Assembly (NCBI GenBank): GCA_963727445.1 | Contig: CAVSGI010000002.1 | Span: 128,001 to 192,000 of the forward strand | Length of the DNA: 64,000 nucleotides | Reading direction: 5' to 3' | From: an uncultured delta proteobacterium | GTDB lineage: Bacteria > Myxococcota_A > Polyangia > Polyangiales > B10-G4 | Part shown: piece by piece, positions 50,924 through 61,934 of the stretch | Layout of the letters: each line of letters begins with the position of its first letter | Position numbering within the stretch: the stretch's first letter is position 1 | Notes under the pieces: generated by a model | Databases searched by the model: none | Told to the model about the DNA's origin: nothing | Seen by the model: only the letters and a program-made list of their open reading frames with translations | Made by a program: the position numbers and the translations under genes

Positions 50924-52202
50924 TCATTCCGCGGCGACCGGGCCGGTCTCCCGGATCTCGACCCGTCGAATGGCTTTTTCGTCCCCTTCACGGACGGTGA
51001 GCTGATAGCTGCCCGCGACGACGTGCTCGCCGACCGCTGGGACGTGCCCGGCCAGATCGATCATCATGCCGCCGACCGAGTCGTAGTCCCCCTCCTCGTC
51101 GCGGATCCGAACCCCGAGCTCCTCCTCGAGGTCGTAGACGGAGAGGCCCGCGTCCACCAGGAAGCGCCCCGGCTCGAGCTCTTCCACGCGGGTGTCCTCC
51201 TCGTCGTGCTCGTCTTCGATCTCGCCGACGATCTCCTCGAGGATGTCCTCGAGGGTCACCACGCCGGCGACCCCTCCGAACTCGTCGAGGACCACGGCGA
51301 GGTGGATGCGCCGCGACTGCATCTCGCGCAGGAGCGCCCCGATCTTCTGGCTCTCGGAGGCGAAGAAGACCGGGCTGCGGATCAGGTCCTCGACGAGCAC
51401 CTCCTCGCCGTCCTCCTTCTGGAGAAGGCCGAAGAAGATCCTTCGCGTAGAGAATGCCGACGACGTTGTCGATCCGTTCGCGGTAGATCGGATAGCGGCT
51501 GTGTCCCTCCTCCACGACGAGAGACGCCACGTCCACAGCCTTCTGTGCGGCTTCGAAAGCCACCATCTGAGTGCGCGGCACCATCACTTCGTGGGCGACG
51601 GTGTTCTTGAACTCGAGGACACTGCGAAGGAGCTCGGCGTGATCCTGCGCGAGGGCGCCTTCTTTCTCGCCTTCGGCGATGACCCGCTCGAGACCGATCA
51701 CCGTGACGCGCTCCGGGTCGGCGCCGGGCACCGAGTCCATCTGACGCTCGAGCATCTCGCCCAGCAGGTGCACGGGGAAGGTGAAAGGGATCACCAGAAC
51801 CTCGAGGGGCCGGAAGTACTTGAGCATCGCCAGCGCCCAGGTGCCGGCCCGTTGGGCGGCGACGGTCGACAGGATCTCGGCCAGCACCGAGTACACGAGG
51901 CCCACCAACGCCGCGGCGCCGGCCACCACGCCAACGCCTCCGAAGTCGGAAGCCACGTACACGGTCACCACCGCACCGCTCGTCAGACAAAGCACCCGAC
52001 CCGTGCGCAGGCGCGCACGGATCCGGTCGAGCTGCCTCAGGGCGCGCGCCGCCACGGAGGCGTAGCGGCCCCCCTCGTCCGAGACCGCCTTGAGCCTGAC
52101 CACGCCAAGCGCGAGGAGGCCCGCGTCGAGGGCCGAAAAAGCCGCGCCGACCACGACGGTCACGACGATGACGGCGATTTGCGTACTTAGTGGGTCTTCC
52201 AA
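50924..52202 (-). CDS. Hemolysin/CorC (CNNM-CBS-CorC_HlyC) family protein; +1 frameshift near 51435
   Basis: TM DUF21-like region, EVMVPRTQM, GHSRYPIY, HLAVVLDEFGGVAGVVTLEDILEEIVGEIEDEHD, YDSVGG. Confidence 0.92.
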
Positions 52203-52425
52203 CTCTGCTCGCCCCGGCCGCCTTTTCCTGGCTCGTGCCCCCTGGCCGAAACGCTCATTCGAGCGTAGCCAGGCCCTTCGTCGGTCGCAAGGCCCCCCGA
52301 CGACGAGGAGCATCGAATGCTCCCGGAAAGCCCATAGGAGCAGAACCTGTTCCAGCACCCCCGTGGAACTTCGTTTGGTTTTCGAGGCTCTGGCCGCGGA
52401 ACGCTTCTTGCGCTCTTCCCGTCAC

Positions 52426-54069
52426 ATGCGGCTCCCCACGCTTCTTGGCGCATTTTGCGTTCCGCTCCTCGTCGCGTGCAATGGCCTCATCGGCGACCCC
52501 GGAGTGACCCCGGGTGAGGACCCGTCGCGGCGGGGGCCGGGGGATGGGCCCAGCCTCTGTGAGCTCCAGATCCCCGACGGGGCCCTGTCCCGCCTGACCC
52601 GCGCCCAGTACGACAACACGGTGCGGGACCTCCTCGGCACGACCGGCAATCCGGCCGAAGGCTTCCCCGCGGACGACAACACCCAGGGCTTCGAGGTGGG
52701 TCTCACCGTCCCCGCGGTGCTCGCCGAACAGTACTTCGACACTGCCGAGACCCTCGCGGAGGCGGCCGTCGCCGATCTCGAGAGCCTTCTGCCCTGCGAT
52801 CCGGCCACCGGCGAGGACGCCTGCGCCGCCGAGTTCGTCGACGAGTTCGGGATGAAGGCCTTCCGCCGCCCCCTCACCGAGGACGAGCGGACGCGCCTCA
52901 TGGGCCTGTTCACCACCGGCCGCGACGCCTACGACTTCAGCACCGGCATCCAGATGGTGGTGCACGCCGCGCTGACCTCGTCGCATTTCATCTATCACGT
53001 CGAGCTCTCGCCCGAAGCCACACCCGGAGAGATCGCGCGGGTGAAGGGCTACGAGATGGCGAGCCGCCTCAGCTACTTCCTGTGGAACACCATGCCCGAC
53101 GACGCGCTCTTCGCGGCGGCCGCGGCAGGTGAGCTCGATACTGCGGAGGGCGTGGAAGCGCAGGCCCGCCGCATGGTGATGGACCCGCGGATGGGCGACG
53201 GTCTCGGCAACTTCACCCGGCAGTGGCTGCACCTCGACGGCTTCGCCACCCTCGACAAGGACACCGCCCTCTTCCCCGACTGGGACGGTGCGCTCGCCGA
53301 CGACCTGCGCGCCTCCGTCGAGGAGTACATCCGCTACGTGGTCCTCGAGGGTGATGGAAGCGTCGAGGGGCTGCTCACGGGACGCGTGGCCTTCGTCAAC
53401 GATCGCATCGCGCCCATCTACGGTCTGACTGGGAGCTACGGTCCCGAGCTCGAGCTCGTCGAGCTTCCCGCCGGCGAGCGCCAGGGGCTTCTGACGCAGC
53501 CTGGCCTTCTGGCCCTGCTCGCGAAGACCAACCAGAGCAATCCCATCCATCGCGGCAAGTTCGTTCGCGAGCGTCTCTTCTGCCAGAACCTGCCTCCGCC
53601 CCCCGAAGACCTCGTCATCACTGCGCCCGATCCCGCGCCCGGGCTCTCGACCCGCGAGCGCTTCGCCGAGCACTCGAGCAACCCGGGGTGTGTGGAGTGC
53701 CACCAGCTGATGGACCCCATCGGCTTCGGCTTCGAGAGCTTCGATGCCCTCGGACGCTTCCGTGCCGAGGACGACGGCCGTCCGGTGGACGCCACCGGCG
53801 AGATCCTCGGCACCGACGACGCGGACGGGCCCTTCGACGGAGTGCCCGAGCTCGCAGACCGTCTGGCGGGCAGCCAGCAGGTGCACGAATGTGTGACCCG
53901 GCAGTTCTTCCGCTACTCCGTGCAGCGGGTGGAGACCTCCCAGGAACAATGTGGGCTCGACGAGCTCTTCGACGTGGCGGCCGACACGGACTGGAACATT
54001 CGTGAGATGCTCGTTCACATCACCCAGACCGATGGGTTCGCCTATCGGCACGTTCTGGAGGGCCTCTGA
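52426..54069 (+). CDS. DUF1592/DUF1588-type (PSD/PSCyt) cytochrome c-like lipoprotein
   Basis: RLTRAQYDNTVRDLLG, EMASRLSYFLW...PD, PIHRGKFV, heme motif CVECH, DPIGFGFESFD.LGRFR. Confidence 0.92.
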   Translation: MRLPTLLGAFCVPLLVACNGLIGDPGVTPGEDPSRRGPGDGPSLCELQIPDGALSRLTRAQYDNTVRDLLGTTGNPAEGFPADDNTQGFEVGLTVPAVLAEQYFDTAETLAEAAVADLESLLPCDPATGEDACAAEFVDEFGMKAFRRPLTEDERTRLMGLFTTGRDAYDFSTGIQMVVHAALTSSHFIYHVELSPEATPGEIARVKGYEMASRLSYFLWNTMPDDALFAAAAAGELDTAEGVEAQARRMVMDPRMGDGLGNFTRQWLHLDGFATLDKDTALFPDWDGALADDLRASVEEYIRYVVLEGDGSVEGLLTGRVAFVNDRIAPIYGLTGSYGPELELVELPAGERQGLLTQPGLLALLAKTNQSNPIHRGKFVRERLFCQNLPPPPEDLVITAPDPAPGLSTRERFAEHSSNPGCVECHQLMDPIGFGFESFDALGRFRAEDDGRPVDATGEILGTDDADGPFDGVPELADRLAGSQQVHECVTRQFFRYSVQRVETSQEQCGLDELFDVAADTDWNIREMLVHITQTDGFAYRHVLEGL

Positions 54070-55421
54070 TGAAGCGGCGATGGAAGCTCACCCGACGTGG
54101 ATTCGTACGGAACGTCGCGGCCGCCGGAGCCGGCGCCGCCGCCCTGCCCTTCCTCACCAGCGGCGGCAAGGTCGCCTCTGCCGCCGACGGGTTCCCCACT
54201 CGTTTCATCGTCTTCTTCTCGCCCAACGGCTCCATCCCCAGCGAGTGGAGCCCCGACGGGGGCGAGACCGACTTCACGATGCGGCGCATCCTCGCGCCTC
54301 TCGAGCCCTACCGGGACAAGCTCCTGATCCTCGACGGGATCGACGGGCGTTCGACCTCTTCGGGCCCCGGGGACGGCCACCAGAAGGGCATGGGTCACAT
54401 GCTCACGGGGCGCGAGCTCTTGCCGGGTGACACCGGCGGCGGCTGCGACAGCTGCGCGCCCGTCTCCTGGGCGAGCGGCATCTCGGTCGATCAGGACATC
54501 GCGAACCACATCGGCGGAGACACCGCCTTCCGCAGCCTCGAGCTCGGCGTGCGCAACGGCAACAGCAACAACGTGTGGACGCGCATGTGCTACCGCGGCG
54601 CCTCCGAGCCGCTCCCGCCGGATGACGATCCCTACGCGGTCTTCGAGCGTGTCTTCGGCGATCTCACGGCGGATCCCTTCGGCCTCGAGCGACGTCGCGC
54701 CATGCGCCAGAGCGTCGTGGACTACCTGAACCAGGACTACGCCGACCTTCAGAGCCGCGTCGCACGTGAAGACGCGCTCCGCATGGAGCAGCACATCCAG
54801 GGCATCCGCGACATCGAGCGACGCTTGACCGCCGGCAACCTCGGCGCCTCCTGCGCCGCGCCGGACCTCGGCGGCCGCATCGATCTCAGCGACATCAACA
54901 ACATGCCGGCGATCGGGACGATGCAGATGGATCTCGCCACCATGGCGCTGGCCTGCGATCTCACGCGGGTGGTGTCGCTGCAGTGGACGAACTCGGTCGG
55001 CGGCGCAGCCTCGCCCTGGCTCGGCATCAGCGAGGGCCATCACAGCCTCTCCCACGAGGGCGACAGCAACACCGACGCGGTCGACAAGCTTGTGCGGATC
55101 AACACCTGGTACGCGGAGCAGTTCGCTTATCTGATCCAGCAGCTCGAGAGCGTGCCCGAGGGTGACGGAACGCTCCTCGACAACACCTGCATGATCTGGG
55201 TGAACGAGCTTGGCAAGGGCAACTCCCACACCCGCAACGACCTGCCCCTCGTCATGGCGGGGAGCGCCGGCGGCTACTTCCGCACCGGCCGCTGCCTCCG
55301 CTACGGCGACACCCCGCACAACGATCTGTTGGTCACCCTCACCAACGCCTATGGCGTCGAGCAGGAGACCTTCGGCGATACCCGCTTCTGCAACGGCCCG
55401 CTCACCGAGCTCCTGGCCTGA
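54069..55421 (+). CDS. DUF1552 (HXXSHH-type) Tat-exported protein
   Basis: Twin-arginine TRRGFV signal; SVDQ.IA, ALACDLTRV, HHSLSH and EGDGTLLDNT motifs; TGATG coupling with the upstream gene. Confidence 0.92.
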   Translation: MKRRWKLTRRGFVRNVAAAGAGAAALPFLTSGGKVASAADGFPTRFIVFFSPNGSIPSEWSPDGGETDFTMRRILAPLEPYRDKLLILDGIDGRSTSSGPGDGHQKGMGHMLTGRELLPGDTGGGCDSCAPVSWASGISVDQDIANHIGGDTAFRSLELGVRNGNSNNVWTRMCYRGASEPLPPDDDPYAVFERVFGDLTADPFGLERRRAMRQSVVDYLNQDYADLQSRVAREDALRMEQHIQGIRDIERRLTAGNLGASCAAPDLGGRIDLSDINNMPAIGTMQMDLATMALACDLTRVVSLQWTNSVGGAASPWLGISEGHHSLSHEGDSNTDAVDKLVRINTWYAEQFAYLIQQLESVPEGDGTLLDNTCMIWVNELGKGNSHTRNDLPLVMAGSAGGYFRTGRCLRYGDTPHNDLLVTLTNAYGVEQETFGDTRFCNGPLTELLA

Positions 55422-55492
55422 GACCCCGTCAGAGCCCGACTCGCCCTTGACACCTTCGAGGCGTTAGCCGCGAATTGGAGGCGGAGGCTTTC

Positions 55493-57913
55493 ATGCGCGC
55501 TTGGATTCGGTCGTTCTCCGTCTTGCTCATCCTCAGCGTGGTCGGTTGCGACTGCGGCGATTCCACGAACCCCGACGGAGGCGCGGACGCCGCGCCGGAC
55601 GGGATGGCCGACGCCACCATGGACGCGACACCGGACGCGACCATGGACGCCTGTGGGGCCGGCGAGACGGACTGCGACGGGGCCTGCGTCGACACGACCG
55701 CCGACCCCGCGAACTGCGGAGCGTGCGGAACGACCTGCCCGAGCGGTTTCTGCGACGACGGCGGGTGTCGCGGCTGTCCGGCGGGCGAACGCGACTGCGA
55801 CGGGATGTGCACCAACCCGCTGAGCGATCCGATGAACTGCGGCGGATGCGGCGTGGCCTGCGCGGCCGGCGAAGTCTGCTCGGTGGGCGCGTGCGCGGAC
55901 GCCTGCGCCTCCGGCCTCACCGACTGTGGGGGCGCATGTGTGGACACCGGATCGGACACGGCCAACTGCGGCGGCTGTGGCACTGCTTGCGCGTCGGGCC
56001 AGCTCTGCGTTGCGTCAAGCTGCGAGTGCCCGGGGGGCGGCATGCTCTGCGGCGACACCTGCACGAACACCGGCACCGACCCGATGAACTGCGGCGGATG
56101 CGGCACGACTTGCGCGATGGGTGAGGTGTGCAGCGCGGGCTCCTGCACCGCGATGTGCCCCTCGGCAACCGCGGATTGCAGCGGCGCCTGCGTCGACACC
56201 TCGAGCGACGAGGCCAACTGCGGCGCCTGCGACATGGCCTGCACCCCCGGCCAGCTCTGCACCTCGGGCACCTGCGGCTGTGCGGCGCCCGCCACGGACT
56301 GCTCCGGCGTCTGCGTGAACACGGACGCGGACCCGACGAACTGCGGCGCCTGCGGCAACGCCTGCGCCGCGGGCGAGACCTGCGCGCGCGGCAGCTGCAC
56401 CACCAGCTGCCCCTCTGGCGAGACCAGCTGCGCAGGGGCCTGCGTCGACACCCTCACCGACGCTGCGCACTGCGGCGGATGCGGGATCGCCTGCGGCCCC
56501 GACGAGCGCTGTAACGCCGGCGCCTGCGAGTGCATCCCCGGGCTCCTCGCCTGCGCGGGGAGCTGCGTCGATCCGCAGACGAACCCGATGCACTGCGGCG
56601 GATGCGGGGTGGCCTGCGCGGCCGGCGAGGTGTGCACCCTCGGCAGCTGCACCAGCACCTGCCCCATGGGCACCACCGACTGCATGGGCGCCTGCGTCGA
56701 CACGCTCACCGACACGGGCAACTGCGGCGCCTGCGGCAACGTCTGCGCCGCCGGCGCGTTCTGTAGCGCCGGCGCTTGCGTCTGCCCGACCGGGACCACC
56801 GAGTGCGACGGGGCCTGTGTCGACCTCATCAGCGACCCGACCAACTGCGGCGCCTGCGGCAACGTCTGCGCGACCGACGAGTCCTGCGGCTTCGGGACGT
56901 GCTTCGGGATGTGCCCCATCGGCCAATCGGACTGCGCGGGTTCGTGTGCGGACACGCAGTTCGATCCAACGAACTGCGGGATGTGCGGCACCTCCTGCGG
57001 GCCGACTCAGGCCTGTCAGGGCGGCGAGTGTCGCTGCGGGAGCGGCAAGACCGACTGCAGCGGCGTGTGCGTCGACACCGGCACCGATCCGGCGAACTGC
57101 GGCGGCTGCGGGACGACCTGCGCCGCCGGCGAGTTCTGCTCGGGCGGCGCGTGCGTCGGCATGTGCGCCACCGACACCACCACCTGCGGCAGCTCCTGCG
57201 TGAATCTCAACAGCGACGAGTTCAACTGCGGCGCGTGCGGCACCGTCTGCAGCCCGAGCGAGAACTGCGTCGCGGGCAGCTGTGGCTGCTCGGGAGACCT
57301 CGTCTCCTGCGGTCGTTCCTGCAAGGACCTGAGCTCGAACCGCAACCACTGCGGCGCCTGCTTCCACGCCTGCGCTGACGGCGAGTTCTGTAGCGATGGC
57401 GCGTGCGTCACCGACGGGTGCCGGGGCGGCCGGGTCGACTGTGGCGGCTCCTGCGTCCGGACCGATCGCGACCCGCTCAACTGCGGCGGCTGCGGCGTCA
57501 CCTGCGCCGTCGGCGAGTTCTGCGTCGACTCCGCATGTGTGCCCTGCCCGCGCGGCGAGACCGACTGCGGCGGCGGCGTATGCGCCGACCTCACCAGCGA
57601 TGCGATGAACTGCGGCATGTGCGGTACGGCCTGCGCCATGGGTGAGATCTGCTCCAACAGCATGTGCTGCGCCATGGGCGAGACCGCCTGCATGGGCACC
57701 TGCACAGACACGAGCGCCGACACCATGAACTGCGGCGGCTGCGGTACGGCCTGCGCCATGGGTGAGGTCTGCTCGACCGGTACCTGCTGCGCCATGGGCG
57801 AGACCGCCTGCATGGGCACCTGCACAGACACGAGCGCCGACACCATGAACTGCGGCATGTGCGGGAACGCCTGCGCCTCCACCGAGACGTGCACCAGCGG
57901 CGTCTGCGGCTGA
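55493..57913 (+). CDS. Cys-rich repeat lipoprotein (myxobacterial D..NCG.CG..C repeats)
   Basis: Lipobox VVGC; roughly 18 repeats of C.G.CVD...D..NCG.CG..C; no catalytic domain seen. Confidence 0.9.
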   Translation: MRAWIRSFSVLLILSVVGCDCGDSTNPDGGADAAPDGMADATMDATPDATMDACGAGETDCDGACVDTTADPANCGACGTTCPSGFCDDGGCRGCPAGERDCDGMCTNPLSDPMNCGGCGVACAAGEVCSVGACADACASGLTDCGGACVDTGSDTANCGGCGTACASGQLCVASSCECPGGGMLCGDTCTNTGTDPMNCGGCGTTCAMGEVCSAGSCTAMCPSATADCSGACVDTSSDEANCGACDMACTPGQLCTSGTCGCAAPATDCSGVCVNTDADPTNCGACGNACAAGETCARGSCTTSCPSGETSCAGACVDTLTDAAHCGGCGIACGPDERCNAGACECIPGLLACAGSCVDPQTNPMHCGGCGVACAAGEVCTLGSCTSTCPMGTTDCMGACVDTLTDTGNCGACGNVCAAGAFCSAGACVCPTGTTECDGACVDLISDPTNCGACGNVCATDESCGFGTCFGMCPIGQSDCAGSCADTQFDPTNCGMCGTSCGPTQACQGGECRCGSGKTDCSGVCVDTGTDPANCGGCGTTCAAGEFCSGGACVGMCATDTTTCGSSCVNLNSDEFNCGACGTVCSPSENCVAGSCGCSGDLVSCGRSCKDLSSNRNHCGACFHACADGEFCSDGACVTDGCRGGRVDCGGSCVRTDRDPLNCGGCGVTCAVGEFCVDSACVPCPRGETDCGGGVCADLTSDAMNCGMCGTACAMGEICSNSMCCAMGETACMGTCTDTSADTMNCGGCGTACAMGEVCSTGTCCAMGETACMGTCTDTSADTMNCGMCGNACASTETCTSGVCG
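57605..57865 (+). repeat. Recent 120-bp intragenic tandem duplication
   Basis: Units begin ATGAACTGCGGC at 57605, 57725 and 57845 (partial) and are nearly identical at the DNA level. Confidence 0.85.
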
Positions 57914-57989
57914 GCTCCCCCGCCGAATTGTTGCGCTGGCGGCGCCCCGTCGTTTACCTCTGAGGGAGGTTCGGGCATAGTCCCGCGCC

Positions 57990-58430
57990 ATGGCCAGCTT
58001 GCGGGACGCCTTTGCCTCCGAAGACAAGAAGCAGATCGTGATCGACGAGTGTCTCCAGATCCTCGATCAGGAAGTCGCCGACAAGTCGGGGATCAGCGGA
58101 ATGGCGATCAAGGCCGGATTCAAGGCCGTCAAGGGCATCCGCCCCGGCTTCATCCGGCAGGTCGTCCACGATCTGTTGCCCGAGTTCGCGGATGCGCTCG
58201 ACCCGATGTATCAGGAAGCGATCGAGAGCGACAAAGAGGTCGGTAAGTACCTCGTCGACAACTCGGGCCGCGCGGCCGACGCGCTCCTCGCCATCACCGA
58301 CAACAAAGCGGTGAAGTCGAAGAACAGGCTCGTGAAGAAGACCTACGAAAAGCTCCGCGGCCAGGCGAAGAAGAACGTCGAAGCCGCCATGCCGCGCCTG
58401 GGCAAGCTGATCGAGAAGCACGGCGAATAG
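57990..58430 (+). CDS. Conserved small helical protein (DUF6918-like)
   Basis: DQEVADKSGISGMAIKAGFKAVK.I.PGF...LLPEF..ALDP, ADALLAITD, YEKLR motifs. Confidence 0.7.
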   Translation: MASLRDAFASEDKKQIVIDECLQILDQEVADKSGISGMAIKAGFKAVKGIRPGFIRQVVHDLLPEFADALDPMYQEAIESDKEVGKYLVDNSGRAADALLAITDNKAVKSKNRLVKKTYEKLRGQAKKNVEAAMPRLGKLIEKHGE

Positions 58431-58442
58431 CTTTGGGGTGGC

Positions 58443-59280
58443 CCACTCCCGGCTCCGCGCCGCCTGCGCTGCGGACCGCCTTCGGGCGCTCTGCGCCCTG
58501 CGGCGTTCCTCCGCTCCGGCGCCGCTCCGCCTTCTCCTAGGCTGGACCACTCCCGGCTCCGCGCCGCCTGCGCTGCGGACCGCCTTCGGGCGCTTCGCGC
58601 CCTGCGGCGTTCCTCCGCTCCGGCGCCGCTCCGCCTTCTCCTAGGGGGGACCACTCCCGGCTCCGCGCCGCCTGCGCTGCGGACCGCCTCCGGGCGCTCT
58701 GCGCCCTGCGGCGTTCCTCCGCTCCGGCGCCGCTCCGCCTTCTCCTAGGGGGGACCACTCCCGGCTCCGCGCCGCCTGCGCTGCGGACCGCCTTCGGGCG
58801 CTCTCGCGCCCTGCGGCGTTCCTCCGCTCCGGCGCCGCTCCGCCTTCTCCTAGGGGGGACCACTCCCGGCTCCGCGCCGCCTGCGCTGCGGACCGCCTCC
58901 GGGCGCTCTGCGCCCTGCGGCGCTCCTCCGCTCCGGCGCCGCTCCGCCTTCTCCTAGGGGGGACCACTCCCGGCTCCGCGCCGCCTGCGCTGCGGACCGC
59001 CTTCGGGCGCTCTGCGCCCTGCGGCGTTCCTCCGCTCCGGCGCCGCTCCGCCTTCTCCTAGGGGGGACCACTCCCGGCTCCGCGCCGCCTGCGCTGCGGA
59101 CCGCCTCCGGGCGCTCTGCGCCCTGCGGCGTTCCTCCGCTCCGGCGCCGCTCCGCCTTCTCCTAGGGGGGCCCACTCCCGGCTCCGCGCCGCCTGCGCTG
59201 CGGACCGCCTCCGGGCGCTTCGCGCCCTGCGGCGGTCCTCCGCTCCGGCGCCGCTCCGCCTTCTCCTTGGTTAGGGGGGC
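58443..59280. repeat. Tandem array of 8 x ~104 bp hairpin-rich units
   Basis: Units start (CCACTCCCGG) at 58443, 58547, 58651, 58755, 58860, 58964, 59068 and 59172, with few differences between them. Confidence 0.97.
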
Positions 59281-60663
59281 GCTGCGTCGGGCTCCGATGC
59301 CGAATCCACCAGCTCGCCGAGGGTGGTCTGGCCGGCGAGCTTGCGCTGCGCTTCGCGGAGCTCCTTGATCAACGGCACCAGCTTGGGCGGGGTGTCCGCC
59401 GCGAGGCTGAAGCCCACCTCGAGGACGTTCTCGAGGCGGATCCGTTCGAATCGGTTGGCTCGGCGTCACGTAGCCCTCCTGGCGGCTCAGCCAGTGCAGC
59501 AGGCCCGCGTCCACCAGGGCGTCGAGCATGTAGCGGACGGTCCTTTCCTCGATGCGCAGCTCGTCGGCGACGTCGCGGGCGGAGGTCTTTTCGCCGTCGC
59601 CGAAGCGCGCCGCCACAATCTGCATCACGGCCACCAGGGTGCCGGGATCGGTGATCAGGTGCGCAGCCTCGATCAGATCCTCGTCGTCTCCGATCTTGTC
59701 CCCGCTGAACTTCTGGAGCGCCGCGGCGATCTCGGTCCCGAAGAGGACGATCAGCCACATGACGTAGAGCCAGAACATGAAGAGGGGGATCAGACCCAAG
59801 CTGCCGTAGAGGTGCCTCACGCTGAAGGCGTTGCCCATGTAGGTCGTGAGGAAGGCCTTTCCACCGGTCAGCGCGAGCGCGGCGAAGAGAGCACCGATGG
59901 CCGCGGGTCGGAAACGAACGTGGGTGTTGGGAAGCCATCGATAGGCGGTGAAGAGAACGCCCCAGGTTCCGATGAAAGCCGAGATGGGTCCGACGATGCT
60001 GAGCACGCGCCAGAAGCCCGTGAGCGACTCGACGAAAGCCGAGATCTGATTGTCGATGTAGATCGTTCCGAGCACCGCCACCGGCGCCAGCGTGAGGAGC
60101 GTCCAGTAGATGGGGAAGCGGCGCGACCACTTCCGCCCGCCGGGCGCGCGGAAGATGGTGTTGGTGCTGTTCTCGATGGTCACCATCAAGCTGATGGCGG
60201 AGTAGATCAGGATGGCGACGCCGACCCAGGTGATGGCGGTCAGATCGATGCGCTCGGCTTCGTCGTAGAGCTGGAGGATCCACGCGCTCAGGGTCTGGGT
60301 CTTCGAGGCGACCTCGGTGCCCTGCTCGGTGGCGAGGCGGATGTCGCTCAACCCGTAGGAGGCAAGATACTCCTCGAAGCAATCCCGGAAGCGGGCCACG
60401 CCTCCGACCGCGCGCACCACCATCGTGCCGACCACCAGGACCGGTAGAAGACTGAACAAGGTCCGGTAGGCGAGTGCGGCCGCCATCTGGGTGGCGCTGT
60501 CCCGCCGGAGGCGCCGGGCGCCGTAGGTGCCGAGATCGTAGGCGAATCGTGCGCGGCTCTCCCAGCGGCCGAGCTCGCTCCGTGGAGACTCGATGGCGTT
60601 CTTGAGCCAGCTCATCGCGCCAGAAAGGAGCTGCCTCAGGCTACGTGGCTCGCGGTCCTTCAT
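59271..60663 (-). CDS. YihY/BrkB family membrane protein with C-terminal wHTH; +1 frameshift near 59451
   Basis: [56 protein letters not shown]; the corrected frame ends at TAA 59271-59273. Confidence 0.9.
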
Positions 60664-60683
60664 GCGGTATATGCTCGCCTGCC

Positions 60684-61895
60684 ATGACTCAAAAGCCCAA
60701 GAAGATCGTGCTCGCCTACAGCGGAGGCCTGGATACCTCCGTGATTCTCACGTGGCTCAAGGAGACCACCGGCGCCGAGGTCGTCGCGTTCTGCGCCGAC
60801 GTCGGCCAGGGAGGGGACGAGCTCGAGGGTCTCGACGAAAAGGCGCGGGCGACCGGCGCCATCAAGTGCGTCATCGCCGACATCCGTGAGGAGTTCGTCC
60901 GCGACTTCTGCTTCCCGATGCTCCGCGCGAACGCCGTGTACGAAGGGGAGTATCTCCTCGGTACGAGCATCGCCCGTCCGGTGATCGCCAAGGCGATGAT
61001 GGACGTGGCAGAGGCGGAGGGCGCCGACGCCATCGCGCACGGCGCGACCGGCAAGGGCAACGACCAGGTTCGCTTCGAGCTCACGGCGATGGCCATCAAT
61101 CCCCGCATTCGGGTCATCGCGCCCTGGCGCGAATGGGACCTGCGCTCCCGCACCGACTGCATCGAGTACGCGAAGAAGCACGGCATTTCCGTGCCGGTCA
61201 CGGCGGAGAAGCCGTACTCGATGGACGCGAACCTCTTCCACATCAGCTACGAGGGTGGCGTCCTCGAGGACCCGTGGAACGAGCCCGACCCGCAGATGTT
61301 CCGCTGGACCACCAGCCCCGAGAAGGCCCCCGATGCGCCTCAGTACGTCACCATCCGCTACGACCAGGGCGACCCCGTCGCCGTCGACGGCAAGGAGATG
61401 AGCCCTGCCGAGCTCCTCGCGCACCTGAACCAGATCGGCGGCAAGCACGGCGTCGGCCGCGTCGACGTCGTCGAAAACCGCTTCGTCGGCATGAAGAGTC
61501 GCGGCGTTTACGAAACCCCCGGCGGGACCATCCTTCAGAAAGCCCACCGCGCCATGGAGTCGATCACGATGGACCGCGAGGTGATGCGCATCCGAGACTC
61601 CCTGATCCCCGAGTACGCCTCTCTCGTCTATCGCGGCTTCTGGTTCGCTCCCGAGCGCGAGATGCTCCAGACCCTCGTCGACGACTCTCAGAAGAACGTC
61701 ACCGGCGAGGTCCGCATCAAGCTCTACAAGGGCGCTGCCTATGTCGCCGGCCGCCGCAGCGACCAGTCCCTCTACGACCCAGCCATGGCCACCTTCGAAG
61801 AGGACGACGTCTACCAGCAGTCCGACGCCACCGGCTTCATTCGGCTCAACGCCCTGCGCTTGCGGATCCGCGCGAGGTTGAGCGGCAAGGGCTGA
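60684..61895 (+). CDS. argG: Argininosuccinate synthase
   Basis: [34 protein letters not shown] and [13 protein letters not shown] motifs. Confidence 0.98.
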   Translation: MTQKPKKIVLAYSGGLDTSVILTWLKETTGAEVVAFCADVGQGGDELEGLDEKARATGAIKCVIADIREEFVRDFCFPMLRANAVYEGEYLLGTSIARPVIAKAMMDVAEAEGADAIAHGATGKGNDQVRFELTAMAINPRIRVIAPWREWDLRSRTDCIEYAKKHGISVPVTAEKPYSMDANLFHISYEGGVLEDPWNEPDPQMFRWTTSPEKAPDAPQYVTIRYDQGDPVAVDGKEMSPAELLAHLNQIGGKHGVGRVDVVENRFVGMKSRGVYETPGGTILQKAHRAMESITMDREVMRIRDSLIPEYASLVYRGFWFAPEREMLQTLVDDSQKNVTGEVRIKLYKGAAYVAGRRSDQSLYDPAMATFEEDDVYQQSDATGFIRLNALRLRIRARLSGKG

Positions 61896-61934
61896 GGGGG
61901 CGCTCTCGCCTCGCGCTCTCGCTGGTCTCGCGCC

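Noticed and set aside
58443..59280. CRISPR array or protein-coding repeats (ORFs 57954-59071)
   Set aside because: There are no unique spacers; the short ORFs are translations of the repeat without normal codon bias.
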